DNA from: Candidatus Latescibacterota bacterium
Lineage (GTDB): Bacteria; Latescibacterota; UBA2968; GCA-2709665
DNA: 64,000 nt
Direction: 5' to 3'
Assembly (NCBI GenBank): GCA_965203805.1
Contig: OZ241917.1
Location: 2,805,718-2,869,717, forward strand
The notes beneath the pieces are model-generated. The model was not told where the DNA came from, searched no databases, and worked only from the letters and a program-made list of their open reading frames with translations. The position numbers and the translations under genes are program-made. Position 1 is the first letter of the stretch. Each line of letters opens with the position of its first letter. This document shows positions 1 to 10,518 of the stretch, one piece after another.

Positions 1-6
1 TGCCAC

Positions 7-1329
7 GTGAACACCGACGACACGGTCGCTTCGCTGATCATGCAGACCCGGCCGCACGTGGTGGTCCTGGACCCGAAGACCGGCGAAAAACGCACGGTCG
101 GGCCGGTGGTTACGCGCGGCGAGGGGTCGCTGAACCTTCACCGCGGGGCTGATGCCAACCTCTATATTGAATCGAGCGAAGGGAACTATCGCCTCGAGGG
201 CATGAACGCCGTACCGGTGGAAGCAACCGTACCGGCGGAATCCGTCACGCCGAAACTGCCCGACGGCAGCACCTTCCGCTTCGTGGACGCGGTTGAGCAG
301 ACGTGCCGGATTCTTGAAATTACGGATCCCGGGGGCGCGGCGAAGACCTTCAATATCGAATTCGAGGCGGCCGGAACCGATATCTTCTGCCTGCACGGCG
401 GGCCCGACGGATGCGTTTACGGATCCAGCGTCCTGCCGGAGCGGCTGTTCCGCTACGACCCGGGCGGGGACGACCTAGCGGACCTGGGCATCTGTTCGAC
501 CGCTACCGGCGAGGCATATTCGATGGCGAATCTCGACGGGAAGGTATACATCTCCTCGTATCCCGGCGCGAGAATCTCCATTTACGATCCGTCGCAGCCG
601 TACCGTTTCGGCGAAACCCGGGGCAGCAATCCGTGGGACATCGGGCGGGTGGACGACATATCGTACCGGCCGCGTACGACGTTGGCGGGTCCCGGCGGAA
701 AGGTCTGGCTGGCATCGATTCCGGACTACGGAATGTGGGGCGGACCGATCTCATACTACGACCCGCGGACGGAAGAAAAGAAGGCGTTCTATCGCATCGT
801 GGGAGACGGAAGCTGCTATACGCTGGCGCATCTGGAGGCGGAGTCTCTGATCGCCGTCGGCACAACCATCAGTGCGGGAAGCGGGACCGAGCCCAGGGTG
901 GACGAGGCCGTGCTTTTCCTCTTCGATTACAATAACGAAGAGAAAGTGTGGGAAGGCACGCCAGACCCGCCGGTACACGTCTTCAATGCGCTGGCAGCCG
1001 TACCGGACGGAAGGCTTTTCGGGACGTTCAGCGGCGATGAGCGGGGACCTGAGTTCTTTGTGTTCGACCCCGCGACGCGGGCGTTTACGGATCGCTTCGC
1101 CGCGCCGGAGGGCGGCCCGGTGGACAACGGGCTGCAGCTGGGGCCGGACGGGATGATCTACGGCCTCACCCACACCCTGATCTACCGGCTTGATCCCGGT
1201 TCGCTGAAATTTGACGTGATCGTGGAATTGGATGAGAGATTGACCGGCCACGCGGCGGCCGGGCCCATCGTTGGCAGGGATCTCTATTTCTCTTCCGGGC
1301 ACCGGCTGATGGCCGCGGAGATATTGTAA
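7..1329 (+). CDS. beta-propeller-like repeat protein, function unknown (frame is open to nt 1, so the true 5' end may lie upstream of the window)
   Basis: 440-aa ORF with GTG at 7 and no in-frame stop in nt 1-6. Recurring beta-rich units (..YISSYPGARISIYDP.., ..GPEFFVFDP.., ..LIYRLDP..) look like propeller blades. The stop abuts the next start (TAAAATG). Confidence 0.6.
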   Translation: MNTDDTVASLIMQTRPHVVVLDPKTGEKRTVGPVVTRGEGSLNLHRGADANLYIESSEGNYRLEGMNAVPVEATVPAESVTPKLPDGSTFRFVDAVEQTCRILEITDPGGAAKTFNIEFEAAGTDIFCLHGGPDGCVYGSSVLPERLFRYDPGGDDLADLGICSTATGEAYSMANLDGKVYISSYPGARISIYDPSQPYRFGETRGSNPWDIGRVDDISYRPRTTLAGPGGKVWLASIPDYGMWGGPISYYDPRTEEKKAFYRIVGDGSCYTLAHLEAESLIAVGTTISAGSGTEPRVDEAVLFLFDYNNEEKVWEGTPDPPVHVFNALAAVPDGRLFGTFSGDERGPEFFVFDPATRAFTDRFAAPEGGPVDNGLQLGPDGMIYGLTHTLIYRLDPGSLKFDVIVELDERLTGHAAAGPIVGRDLYFSSGHRLMAAEIL

Positions 1330-1330
1330 A

Positions 1331-2998
1331 ATGGGCAACGTGTGGAAACCCGAGCCTGAAACGAGGGATGTGTTGCTGGATGCCGTCCCCGGGATTCTCG
1401 CGGACCAGCGCGAAGACGGACGGTTCGGCACTGCGCCCTGGATCTGCCGCGACCAGGAAGCGATCTTTCCCCTGGCCGCCGCCTGGAGCCTCGAGGATAG
1501 TCCCTATTATCGCGACGAAAGCGTGCTGGCGGCAATTGTGCGCGGCGGCGACGCGCTGATTGAAGCCCAGGACGACGCGGGGATGTGGACCTTTCTGAAA
1601 AAAGACGACTCGGAATGGGGACAGATCTACATGCCCTGGACGTACAGCCGGTGGATTCGCGCGTATCAGCTGGTGCGCGAGGGAATGGAGGGCGGGGCGC
1701 GAGCACGGTGGGACGCCGCCCTGACTCTGGGATTCGAGGGGATCTCAAGAACGTGTCTCTCGCACGTTCACAACATTCCGACCCACCACGCGATGTCCCT
1801 CTATTGCGCCGGGATGGTGTTTGAGCGCCAGGATTGGAAGAGGCAGGCGCAGGAATTCATCCACGGGGTCGTGGCGGCGCAGTCCCCGTTCGGATGGTGG
1901 ACCGAGAACGTGGGGCCGGTCGTATCCTACAACTACGTGTATTCGGACGCGATGGGCGTTTACTACAGGATGTCCGGGGACACGGTGGTGCTCGAAGCGC
2001 TCGAACGGGCGGCCCGGTTCCACGCGAACTACACGTATCCGGACGGCAGCGCGGTGGAAACGGTGGATGAGCGAAACGTCTACAGCAGCGGGGTACGGCT
2101 GGGCAATCCGGGATTCAGCCTCACGGCGGCAGGGAGAGGGTACCTTGCCCGCCAGCATCGACTCTTCCTGGCCGGCGGCGGATCGTTCGACGTCGATTAC
2201 GCCACGAACATGCTGCTCTACGCGGGTGAAGGGGAGATCGAGGAGACGGCGGCCGACCGGGAAACGCATACCTGGTCAATGGACGGCGATGCGTTGATCG
2301 TCTCGAGCAGGCCCTGGTTCCTGAGTCTGTCGGCCTATTGCTGTCCGTTGAACGAGAACCGGTTCCGGCAGGACCGGCAGAACTTCGCAAGCGTCTTTCA
2401 CGAGGCAACCGGGTTGATCGTGGGCGGCGGGAATACGAAGTTACAGCCGCTGTGGAGTACTTTCACCGTGGGGGATACGTCGTTGATGCGGCACGCGCCG
2501 GGGGATTCAGATCCGGACTTCGGGCCGTTCGAGGGGCTGGCGCATATTCCGGACAAAGCGGAAATCCGCGCGGATGAAGCAGCGCCGGGCATCGATTTGC
2601 ACTATGGAGGGGACGTTGGTAAAGTGACGTTCATTCCGCGGGGAGACACGCAATTGCTCCTGATTCTCAAGTCGTCCGATCATTCCGGAAGCGGAATGGA
2701 AGCGCACGTGACGTTGATCCCGCGTCTGAAGGAGGCGCTGCGGTCGTCGACCGGCGAGCGCGCTGAATTGGAGACGGATGTTGTGGAATGGACGGGGGCG
2801 GACGGCGCCTGGTTCGAGCACGCGGGATGGCGGCTTTCGAACCCCGAGGGCGCACGGCTCGTATGGCCGGCGTTGCCGCACAACGCGTACACAAAGGGAG
2901 GAGAGGCCGGCGTCGGGCAGGCGCGGTTGGTGCTCGCGCTGCCCTTCAGCGAAGACAGGAGCCGGTACGAACTGAGCATGGACATTCTTCAGGAGTGA
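1331..2998 (+). CDS. hypothetical protein (helical N-terminal half, beta-rich C-terminal half)
   Basis: 555-aa ORF whose ATG lies 1 nt after the upstream stop, co-directional with its neighbours. I can assign no diagnostic motif by eye. Confidence 0.6.
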   Translation: MGNVWKPEPETRDVLLDAVPGILADQREDGRFGTAPWICRDQEAIFPLAAAWSLEDSPYYRDESVLAAIVRGGDALIEAQDDAGMWTFLKKDDSEWGQIYMPWTYSRWIRAYQLVREGMEGGARARWDAALTLGFEGISRTCLSHVHNIPTHHAMSLYCAGMVFERQDWKRQAQEFIHGVVAAQSPFGWWTENVGPVVSYNYVYSDAMGVYYRMSGDTVVLEALERAARFHANYTYPDGSAVETVDERNVYSSGVRLGNPGFSLTAAGRGYLARQHRLFLAGGGSFDVDYATNMLLYAGEGEIEETAADRETHTWSMDGDALIVSSRPWFLSLSAYCCPLNENRFRQDRQNFASVFHEATGLIVGGGNTKLQPLWSTFTVGDTSLMRHAPGDSDPDFGPFEGLAHIPDKAEIRADEAAPGIDLHYGGDVGKVTFIPRGDTQLLLILKSSDHSGSGMEAHVTLIPRLKEALRSSTGERAELETDVVEWTGADGAWFEHAGWRLSNPEGARLVWPALPHNAYTKGGEAGVGQARLVLALPFSEDRSRYELSMDILQE

Positions 2999-3094
2999 GG
3001 ATCGAGCATACGCATGGCGCCAACACCAGCCGACCCGGCATGAGGGATGCAGGCCGCAGTTTCGGCTGTATGCCGGATCCGATTGGAGGGTACC

Positions 3095-3508
3095 GTGGGA
3101 GATAAAATCCGGAAGACCGACGAGGAATGGCGGCAGATGCTCACGCCGGAACAGTACCACGTAACGAGAAGAAGCGGAACGGAACGGGCGTTTACGGGCC
3201 GGTATCACGACTTCAAGGGGACGGGGATCTACCTTTGTGTGTGCTGCGGAAACGAACTCTTCCGTTCGGACACCAAGTATGATTCCTGTACGGGCTGGCC
3301 CAGCTTCTGGGCGCCGACGGATAACGCAAACGTGGAAACCGAAACAGATTCGTCCTACGGCATGGTGCGGACGGAGGTGAAGTGCAGCCGGTGCGACGCC
3401 CATCTCGGACATGTGTTCGACGACGGGCCCCAACCCACGGGACTGCGGTACTGCATGAATTCCGCGGCGCTGGACTTTTCGGAGAAAGATTCGGACGAAG
3501 GAGTTTGA
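3095..3508 (+). CDS. msrB: peptide-methionine (R)-S-oxide reductase MsrB
   Basis: Two zinc CxxC pairs ([29 protein letters not shown]), GWPSF, and the catalytic RYCMNS motif. GTG 3095 is preceded by GGAGGG at 3085-3090. The longer ORF from ATG 3047 is an alternative start. Confidence 0.9.
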   Translation: MGDKIRKTDEEWRQMLTPEQYHVTRRSGTERAFTGRYHDFKGTGIYLCVCCGNELFRSDTKYDSCTGWPSFWAPTDNANVETETDSSYGMVRTEVKCSRCDAHLGHVFDDGPQPTGLRYCMNSAALDFSEKDSDEGV

Positions 3509-3593
3509 AGAATTTTCCGCAAAGCCCGGCCATGCATGGCCGTCACACCTTGAATGACAGTCCGAAGACGCCCCGATCACTGAGGAGACATCG

Positions 3594-4055
3594 ATGAGTT
3601 TGAATTTCGCCACAACTGAAATCGAGTCGCAGCCCATTGTTGGCATCCGCGCCACAACCTCGATGGAGGAGATCGCCCAGGTCATCGGCGCCCTTTTCGG
3701 CGAGATCATGGAATACCTCACCCGGAACGGTCTTGCGCCGGCGGGGATGCCCTTTACCATTTACCACGAGATGGACCACGAAACGTTGGAAATGGAATGC
3801 GGGATGCCGGTGGCTTCGACCGTAGAGGGCACCGGGCGCGTTCGGCCGGGCGAACTGCCCGCGGGAAAGGTCGCGACCGTTACCCATATGGGGCCATACG
3901 AACAATTGGGGCAGACGTGGTCGGCTCTGAAGGAGTGGATGGACGAAGCGGGTCTGGAGGCGGCGGGCGCGCCGTGGGAGGTCTATATGACGGACCCGGG
4001 CGAGGAGCCCGACCCGTCGAAATGGCGCACCGACATCTTTTTCCCCGTGCATTGA
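3594..4055 (+). CDS. GyrI-like small-molecule-binding domain protein
   Basis: 153 aa with the two-repeat GyrI/SOUL-like pattern (..QPIVGIRATTSMEEI.., ..GKVATVTHMGPYEQLGQTW..WM.., ..PWEVYMTDP..). GAGGAG lies upstream of the ATG. Confidence 0.7.
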   Translation: MSLNFATTEIESQPIVGIRATTSMEEIAQVIGALFGEIMEYLTRNGLAPAGMPFTIYHEMDHETLEMECGMPVASTVEGTGRVRPGELPAGKVATVTHMGPYEQLGQTWSALKEWMDEAGLEAAGAPWEVYMTDPGEEPDPSKWRTDIFFPVH

Positions 4056-4164
4056 GCGGAAGCGGGTAACACAAGTCCAGTGGAATCCGGATGGGCCGTT
4101 TGCGGACAGGCATCGGCCTTCGTTTACGTAATCGGGATATCAATGGCGGCTGAAGGAGCAGAGG

Positions 4165-4977
4165 ATGAAATATCGATTTGCCGAGATGATCTGGTATGAA
4201 ATCAAGGAGGCCGCGGAGCAGGACCGGGTCGCGGTTCTGCCGGTGGCGACATACGAGGATCACGGCCCTCATCTTCCGGTGGATACCGACGTTGTTCTCT
4301 GTACCGGAATCTGCGAACGGGCCGTGTCGCGGATCCCGTCCGAGGCCGTTCTGGCGCCGGCGGTCCCGCACGGGTACAGCCCGCACCATATGGATTTTCA
4401 CGGGACGCTCACGATCACGTGGGATACCTTCATCCGATACGTCAAGGACGTCTGCTGCAGCCTCGCCCACCACGGCTTCAAGCGGATCCTGGTCGTGAAC
4501 GGCCACGGAAGCAATACGTCCCCGCTGGATCTGGCGGCCCGGCTGTCGGTCATCGAATACGAGGGCAGAATCCTGTGCGGCTCGGTGAATCATTGGGGAC
4601 TCCGGAAAGTGAAGGAAGTCGGTCGCGAGTTGAGGGAATCGGACTACGGCGGGACCTCTCACGGAGGAGAGTTCGAGACGTCCCTGTACCTCGCATTGAA
4701 GCCGGACCTGGTGGATATGAGCAAAGCGGTTGACGAGCGGTCGCCCCTCTCGAACAGTTTCCAGTCCGACCTGCTGGCAGGCGGCCATCCGGATGGGTCC
4801 AGCGCGAATTTTACGCCGTACTGGAGCACGAAAACGGCCAGCGGCGTGATGGGCGACGCGACAAAGGCCAGTCGCGAGAAGGGGGAGAAGTTCCTGGAGG
4901 CGGCCACTGAGGGCCTGATCGAACTGGTTCGGGAACTCCGGGCGACGGAGATCATGGACCGGCGCGACCAGCATTGA
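4165..4977 (+). CDS. creatininase-family amidohydrolase
   Basis: Family motifs LPVATYEDHGPHLPVDTD, VVNGHGSN and HGGEFETS. Confidence 0.8.
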   Translation: MKYRFAEMIWYEIKEAAEQDRVAVLPVATYEDHGPHLPVDTDVVLCTGICERAVSRIPSEAVLAPAVPHGYSPHHMDFHGTLTITWDTFIRYVKDVCCSLAHHGFKRILVVNGHGSNTSPLDLAARLSVIEYEGRILCGSVNHWGLRKVKEVGRELRESDYGGTSHGGEFETSLYLALKPDLVDMSKAVDERSPLSNSFQSDLLAGGHPDGSSANFTPYWSTKTASGVMGDATKASREKGEKFLEAATEGLIELVRELRATEIMDRRDQH

Positions 4978-4986
4978 GGGAAACGC

Positions 4987-5988
4987 GTGAAGACGAATGT
5001 ATTCACCAGCGGACGGAATGGGTACCACACGTACCGGATTCCGGCGCTGCTTGCTGCGCCCGGGGGATCGCTGCTGGCCTTTTGCGAAGGGCGGCGCAAC
5101 GATCGGTCTGACCACGGAGATATCGACCTCCTGGTGAAGCGTTCGGAAGACAGGGGGCGTTCCTGGTCGGCACAGGCAGTCGTCTATTGTGAAGCGGGAG
5201 AAGTGACCATTGGCAATCCCTGTCCCGTGGCTGACGCGGAGACGGGCGCGATTTCGATGTTGTTCTGCAGAGACAATGTCGATGTGCTGGTCACGCGTAG
5301 CACTGACGACGGGAGGACGTGGTCCGATCCCATCGACATCACGAAGGATGTGAAAGAGGAAGCGTGGGCCTGGTACGCGACCGGGCCGGGGGTGGGCATC
5401 CAGCTCAGGAGGGGCGCGCGGAAAGGGCGACTGCTGATTCCCTGCGACCACAGGAACCCGGAAGCGTACGACTGCGGTTCCCATTCGGTTTACAGCGACG
5501 ACGGCGGGGCGTCCTGGCGGCTCGGTGGTACGGTCCGGCCGGGGGCCAACGAGTGCCAGTTCGGCGAACTCGCGGACGGGACGGTCGTCCTGAACACCCG
5601 GATGCAGACGCACAGCGAAGGGTACCGCGGAACCGCGTTCAGCCGGGACGGCGGCGAGTCCTGGACCGGGTTCCAACATGACCGCAACCTGCCCTGTCCC
5701 AAATGCCAGGCCAGCATGGTCGAAGGCGAAGCCAAAAACAGCCTGCTGTTTTCGAATCCCGCTGCGCCGGGGCCCGCAAGACCGGATGGGGGAGCGCGAG
5801 TGAACATGACCATCCGATCGAGTAACGACGGCGGCAAAACCTGGTCCTCGGGTAAACTGTTGCACGAAGGCCCGGCGGCGTATTCCTGCCTTGCGTTGCT
5901 TTCGGACGGCTCGGCCGGCTGCCTGTACGAAGCAGGATCGGTATCGCCGTACGAGCACATTGTTTTCGAGCGTTTCAGGTTGGAATGA
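4987..5988 (+). CDS. BNR/Asp-box sialidase-family (GH33-like) protein, no signal peptide
   Basis: YRIP motif at residues 16-19 and five Asp-boxes (SEDRGRSW, STDDGRTW, SDDGGASW, SRDGGESW, SNDGGKTW). GTG start. Confidence 0.85.
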   Translation: MKTNVFTSGRNGYHTYRIPALLAAPGGSLLAFCEGRRNDRSDHGDIDLLVKRSEDRGRSWSAQAVVYCEAGEVTIGNPCPVADAETGAISMLFCRDNVDVLVTRSTDDGRTWSDPIDITKDVKEEAWAWYATGPGVGIQLRRGARKGRLLIPCDHRNPEAYDCGSHSVYSDDGGASWRLGGTVRPGANECQFGELADGTVVLNTRMQTHSEGYRGTAFSRDGGESWTGFQHDRNLPCPKCQASMVEGEAKNSLLFSNPAAPGPARPDGGARVNMTIRSSNDGGKTWSSGKLLHEGPAAYSCLALLSDGSAGCLYEAGSVSPYEHIVFERFRLE

Positions 5989-5997
5989 GAAACCCCC

Positions 5998-7323
5998 ATG
6001 GATGAGCCAACGGCTGAAAGCAGGCCGACATCGGAGGAACGTTACCGTGCGGGGAGCCCGCGCTCCGGGGCGGCCTTCGAGCAGGCCAGGTCGGTGATGC
6101 CCGGCGGGGTGAAAGGCGCGTACTATTACGCGCCGTATCCGCTGACCGTCGAGCGCGGCGAGGGGTGTTTCGTTTACGACCTGGACGGCCGCAAGCTGGT
6201 GGACTTCAACAACCACCATACAGCGCAGATTCTGGGCCACGGTCATCCGGCGGTGGTGACCGCCGTGCAGGAACAGGTTTCCAGAGGCATCGCATTGAGC
6301 GCGCCCGCGGGAGTGGAGACGGCGCTGGCCGAAGCCATTTGCGGGCGCGTGAAGTCCGTGGACAAGATCCGGTTCTGCAATTCCGGCACCGAAGCGACCC
6401 TGCACGCCATTCGCCTGGCGCGGGGCGTCAGCGGCCGCACGAAGATTGCCAAGTTCGAGGGCGGGTACCACGGCAGCCACGACGTGGTGGAGGTGAGCGT
6501 GGCGCCGCCGCTGGACCGGGCGGGTCCCGCGTCGGCGCCGCATTCGGTTTCCACGGCCGGAGGGGCGTCACCCCACGCGGCCGGTGAAGTGCTCGTCCTG
6601 CCGTATAACGACGAAAACGCCGTCGAGAGATTGCTCGCCCGCTATCGACGCGAACTGGCCTGCGTGATCTTCGACCCCCGGGCCGGGATTTTGTCTCAAC
6701 GCGCGGAGTTTGCGCGGTTCGTCTGCGAGATGGCGCGCCGGAACAACGTGCTGGTGATATTCGACGAGATCGTGGGATTTCGGGTCGGTACCGGTGGTCT
6801 GCAGGACCTCTATGGCATCGCGCCGGACCTGACGACGTTCGGAAAGGTCATCGGCGGCGGATTTCCGGTAGGCGCCTTCGGAGGCCGAGCCGACCTGATG
6901 GACCGCTTCGATTCGTCCCAGGGGCCGACCGGTTTCTTTCAAAGCGGCACGTTCAGCGGGCATCCCGTTGCCATGGCCGCGGGACTGGCGACCCTGAAGC
7001 AGCTGACGCCGGATGTGTTCTCGCATCTGAACCGGTTGGGAGAACGGCTCAGGCAGGGGTTGAGTCGCCTGTTTTCCGTGAGAAACGTGGATGCGGCTGC
7101 GGTCGGCGTCGGCTCGCTGTTCAGCATACACTTTTCGTGCGACGAAATGCTGAACTACCGCCACCTGGCCGGAACGGACAAGGCGGCGGCGCACAACCTG
7201 CTGCTCGGTCTGATCGAAGAGGGGTATTACCTGGGGAACGGCCTGGTGATGTGCGCCGTCTCCGCCCCGATGGACGAAGGCCACGTGGACGGGTTGATCG
7301 AGGCCGTGGGCAGGGTCGTGTAA
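5998..7323 (+). CDS. class-III (PLP) aminotransferase, glutamate-1-semialdehyde aminomutase-like
   Basis: Motifs FCNSGTEA, FEGGYHG, FDEIVGFR and the PLP-Lys motif TTFGKVIGGGFPVGAFGG. Confidence 0.85.
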   Translation: MDEPTAESRPTSEERYRAGSPRSGAAFEQARSVMPGGVKGAYYYAPYPLTVERGEGCFVYDLDGRKLVDFNNHHTAQILGHGHPAVVTAVQEQVSRGIALSAPAGVETALAEAICGRVKSVDKIRFCNSGTEATLHAIRLARGVSGRTKIAKFEGGYHGSHDVVEVSVAPPLDRAGPASAPHSVSTAGGASPHAAGEVLVLPYNDENAVERLLARYRRELACVIFDPRAGILSQRAEFARFVCEMARRNNVLVIFDEIVGFRVGTGGLQDLYGIAPDLTTFGKVIGGGFPVGAFGGRADLMDRFDSSQGPTGFFQSGTFSGHPVAMAAGLATLKQLTPDVFSHLNRLGERLRQGLSRLFSVRNVDAAAVGVGSLFSIHFSCDEMLNYRHLAGTDKAAAHNLLLGLIEEGYYLGNGLVMCAVSAPMDEGHVDGLIEAVGRVV

Positions 7324-7368
7324 TTCCAGGGACGAATGCGCGAGAAATTGAAACCGGAGGAACGTCTC

Positions 7369-8136
7369 ATGCGATACATCGACACGCACGCCCATCTCGG
7401 GCCATGGTTCGACGACATTACGACGTTTACGGCCGAGGGATTCGTGGCGCTGCAGGAGCGCGCGGGCATCGAACGGACCGTGGTCACGTCCGGTTCCGCG
7501 CTGTTTACAGAGCTGACATACGGGAACGAATGGACCATAGAGCAGGCCGAGAAGCTGGAACATCTGCTCGTCTGGCTGGTTCTGAACCCGTTGAAGATGG
7601 TCGAGTCGCTGGAGTTGCTGGAGCGGTTCAAGGACCATGCCAAGGTCGCGGGCATCAAGATCCATCCGGTGCAGCACAAGTATCCTGCCGACATCAAGCC
7701 TACCTTCCGGCTATTCGAAGAGTTGGAGCCGCTCGGCCTTCCCGTGCTTTCCCATGGTGAGAACGAGTCCTATGCGGCCCCTGCGCGGTTGCGGCGGCTG
7801 GCCGAAGCATTCCCGTCCCTGACATTGATAACGGCGCATTTCGGCGCCGGGCAGCCGGGCCAGACCTACGAAGCGATCGACGCGCTGCAGGATTGCAGAA
7901 CGGGCAACCTCTACACGGACATGGGTACTGCCCGGGCGATTCGGACCGGCATCATCGGGCTGGTTGTGCGCGAGGTGGGCGCCGACAGGGTACTGTTCGG
8001 AACGGATTCGCCTCTGTACGAGCCGATGGCGTTTCCCACCCTGCTGGCCGCGGCGGATATTACGGAACAGGAAAGAGAGCAGATCGCCTACAAGAATGCG
8101 GAACGGCTCGTGCTGGCGCCTAAGAAGTTGTTTTAA
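7369..8136 (+). CDS. metal-dependent amidohydrolase (Amidohydro_2-like TIM barrel)
   Basis: N-terminal YIDTHAHLG and C-terminal VLFGTDSPL motifs. ATG 7369 is preceded by GGAGGA. ATG 7336 is a longer alternative. Confidence 0.75.
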   Translation: MRYIDTHAHLGPWFDDITTFTAEGFVALQERAGIERTVVTSGSALFTELTYGNEWTIEQAEKLEHLLVWLVLNPLKMVESLELLERFKDHAKVAGIKIHPVQHKYPADIKPTFRLFEELEPLGLPVLSHGENESYAAPARLRRLAEAFPSLTLITAHFGAGQPGQTYEAIDALQDCRTGNLYTDMGTARAIRTGIIGLVVREVGADRVLFGTDSPLYEPMAFPTLLAAADITEQEREQIAYKNAERLVLAPKKLF

Positions 8137-8370
8137 AATTACCGGTGAGTTCCCGAGCACGAGCGAAAAAGTGGCGGTCAAGGCGGGAAAATCCGCCTAA
8201 GAGAGGCGAGCAAGCGCAGCCTCGACCTTTCGATACGGGTGGGTTTGACCAACGCCGACCGGCGCTTTTGCAGCCGTGCGAAGACCGCTGGGAATTTTAA
8301 GACAGCTTCTAAGGGACTGTCGTAGACGTTGTCGATGATATTGAGGCCATGGGTCCGGAGGAATGATTAG

Positions 8371-9723
8371 ATGAAACTGGACGGTCGCCGGCGGAGGCTG
8401 CTCGAGCGGACATTTCTGGATTATCAGCAGACGTCGGCCTTCATGGAGCATCCGTTCATCGTAAAAAAGGCGCACGGACTTCACTATTGGGATATGGAGG
8501 GCAAACGTTATTTCGACGGGATCGGCGGCATCTTTGTAGCTTCGCTCGGACACGGCCATCCGCGGGTGCTGGAGGCGATGCGAAGGCAGGCGGAGACGCT
8601 CGGATTCTCGCCGCCCATGCACGGGCTTTCGGACGTCGCGCTGGATTTCGTCGAGAAGCTGAGCGAGGTAACGCCGGAGAATCTGAATTTCATCAAGTCC
8701 TACAGCGGCGGGTCAGAAGCGGTCGAATCCGCGCTGAAATTCACGCGGCAGTACTTCAAGCAGAGCGGGAACCCCGGCAAGTACAAGTTCGTCAGCCGAT
8801 ACTTCGGGTATCACGGCGCGACGTTCGGCGCAATGGCGGCCAGCGGGACGGGAAAACGCAAGACGCCGTTCGAGCCCCAGCCGGGCGGCTTTCTGAAGGT
8901 GTTTCCGCCCACGTATTACCGCGACCGGTTTGCTTCGTGGGAGGAATGCAACCGGTTCTGCGCGAATATGTTCGAAGATGTGATCGTCAATGAGGATCCG
9001 GACACGGTCGCGGGTGTCATCCTGGAACCGATCGGCAATACCGGGGGGATCATTACCCCGACCGAAGAGTACTTTCAGATCGTCCGTGACGTCTGCGATC
9101 GACACAACGTGGTGTTGATCTACGATGAAATCATCACGGGCTTCGGCAAAACCGGGTCGATGTTCGCAGCACAGACATTCGGGGTTACTCCCGATATCAT
9201 CTGCGCGGGCAAGGGGGTCTCGAGCGGGGCGTACCCCGTTGGCGCGATGATGGCGCGGGAAGATATGGGAGACGTCTTTCTCGGGCCGGTGGAGGCGGAC
9301 GTCAACTTCGCGCACGGGCATACGTTCGCGGCCAATCCCGTCGCCTGCGCCGTGGGTATGGCCGTGATCGACGAAATCGTGGAGCAGCAACTGGATCGAA
9401 AAGCCGGGGTTCTCGGCCGATATCTCGCATCGAAGCTGGAAGGGTTGAAGGACCTGGGCGTGGTTCGGGAGGTGCGCGGCCGGGGGCTGTTGCAGGGCGT
9501 GGAACTGGTGAGGGATACGAAGTCGATGGCGCCGTTCCCTGAACTGGGCGGGGCGTTGAAGCGGACCTCGCTGGAGAACGGGTTGCTGATTCGAATCGAC
9601 CCCACCTGGTTTGCCGTGAGCCCGGCGCTGATCGTACAGCGGGAGGACATCGACGAACTGTACGACCTCGTACGCAAGAGCCTGGTCGACGCGCTGGAGC
9701 GGGTGGCGCAGGATAGTCGCTGA
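8371..9723 (+). CDS. class-III (PLP) aminotransferase (omega-transaminase-like)
   Basis: Motifs VASLGHGHP, YFGYHG, YDEIITGFGKTG and ICAGKGVSSG (PLP Lys). GGAGGA Shine-Dalgarno. Confidence 0.85.
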   Translation: MKLDGRRRRLLERTFLDYQQTSAFMEHPFIVKKAHGLHYWDMEGKRYFDGIGGIFVASLGHGHPRVLEAMRRQAETLGFSPPMHGLSDVALDFVEKLSEVTPENLNFIKSYSGGSEAVESALKFTRQYFKQSGNPGKYKFVSRYFGYHGATFGAMAASGTGKRKTPFEPQPGGFLKVFPPTYYRDRFASWEECNRFCANMFEDVIVNEDPDTVAGVILEPIGNTGGIITPTEEYFQIVRDVCDRHNVVLIYDEIITGFGKTGSMFAAQTFGVTPDIICAGKGVSSGAYPVGAMMAREDMGDVFLGPVEADVNFAHGHTFAANPVACAVGMAVIDEIVEQQLDRKAGVLGRYLASKLEGLKDLGVVREVRGRGLLQGVELVRDTKSMAPFPELGGALKRTSLENGLLIRIDPTWFAVSPALIVQREDIDELYDLVRKSLVDALERVAQDSR

Positions 9724-9815
9724 TCGATGGGCATCCGATCATTGCCCGTTTTGAGGACCGTCAGCGCGAAGTTTACGCAAAAACCGGAAGTAAGGACCTT
9801 CGAAGGGAGGCGTAG

Positions 9816-10481
9816 ATGACGACGATGAGAACGACGGCACTGTTGTGTTTCCTGCTGCTGGCAACGCCGGCGATGATTTCCGCGGGCGAAATGGAAAGGC
9901 GATCCCGCATTGAACTCAGGATGGGCCTGCGAAATCACGGAGGAACGACCGGAGCGGCGACAACGGTCGGTCCACTGGGTGTTGAAGCGACTGCCGGATC
10001 GGGTGACGTATTCTTCTCGCTGGGCTATTCGCGCTGGATGCGGGAAGACGTGGCCGGTTATGCCGCGCTCGGGCTCATGTCCGTCGATGCGAGTTCACGG
10101 GTTGGGCTTTCGGGGGTCTCGCAGCGGTCGGCCGCCATTCTTCCGGTGATCGTGGGCATGAGATATTACCCGACCAGGCCAACAACCCGGACCCAGTTCA
10201 GGCCCTTTCTGACCGCGGGTGCAGGACCCGTCACCGGTTTTGAATCCGGGAGCGAAATCGGTTTGCAGGTGGTCCAGAAGACCGCCACAATGACGGCATT
10301 CGGGTGCCAGGCGGGCGCGGGGCTGGACGTTCGGATGGGAGGGTCCGTTGTGATGAATGGTACCCTCGGATACAACCTGATGACGGACTTCTCAGAGGCT
10401 GTAGGCGGCCGGCGCAACTACAGCGGACTCGAATTCGGCCTGGGATTTGGCTGGCAATTCGGCGGGATCGCGGAAAACTGA
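9816..10481 (+). CDS. outer-membrane beta-barrel protein
   Basis: Signal peptide (TALLCFLLLATPAMISA), alternating amphipathic strands, and an aromatic C-terminal strand (EFGLGFGWQFG). Confidence 0.7.
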   Translation: MTTMRTTALLCFLLLATPAMISAGEMERRSRIELRMGLRNHGGTTGAATTVGPLGVEATAGSGDVFFSLGYSRWMREDVAGYAALGLMSVDASSRVGLSGVSQRSAAILPVIVGMRYYPTRPTTRTQFRPFLTAGAGPVTGFESGSEIGLQVVQKTATMTAFGCQAGAGLDVRMGGSVVMNGTLGYNLMTDFSEAVGGRRNYSGLEFGLGFGWQFGGIAEN

Positions 10482-10518
10482 GTTCATTGTTGGTGGCATT
10501 TGAATGAAAGAGGTCCTG

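Noticed and set aside
3880-6543. 887-aa ORF on the minus strand spanning four + strand genes
   Set aside because: It is antisense to genes with clear family motifs (GyrI-like, creatininase, sialidase, aminotransferase). Its Arg/Pro/Gly-rich low-complexity translation is typical of shadow ORFs in high-GC DNA.
8137-8370. Possible riboswitch/terminator in the 234-nt gap before the second aminotransferase
   Set aside because: Only a short GGCGG-N6-CCGCC hairpin without a U-tract is visible, and I see no conserved riboswitch motif. An Rfam scan would be needed.
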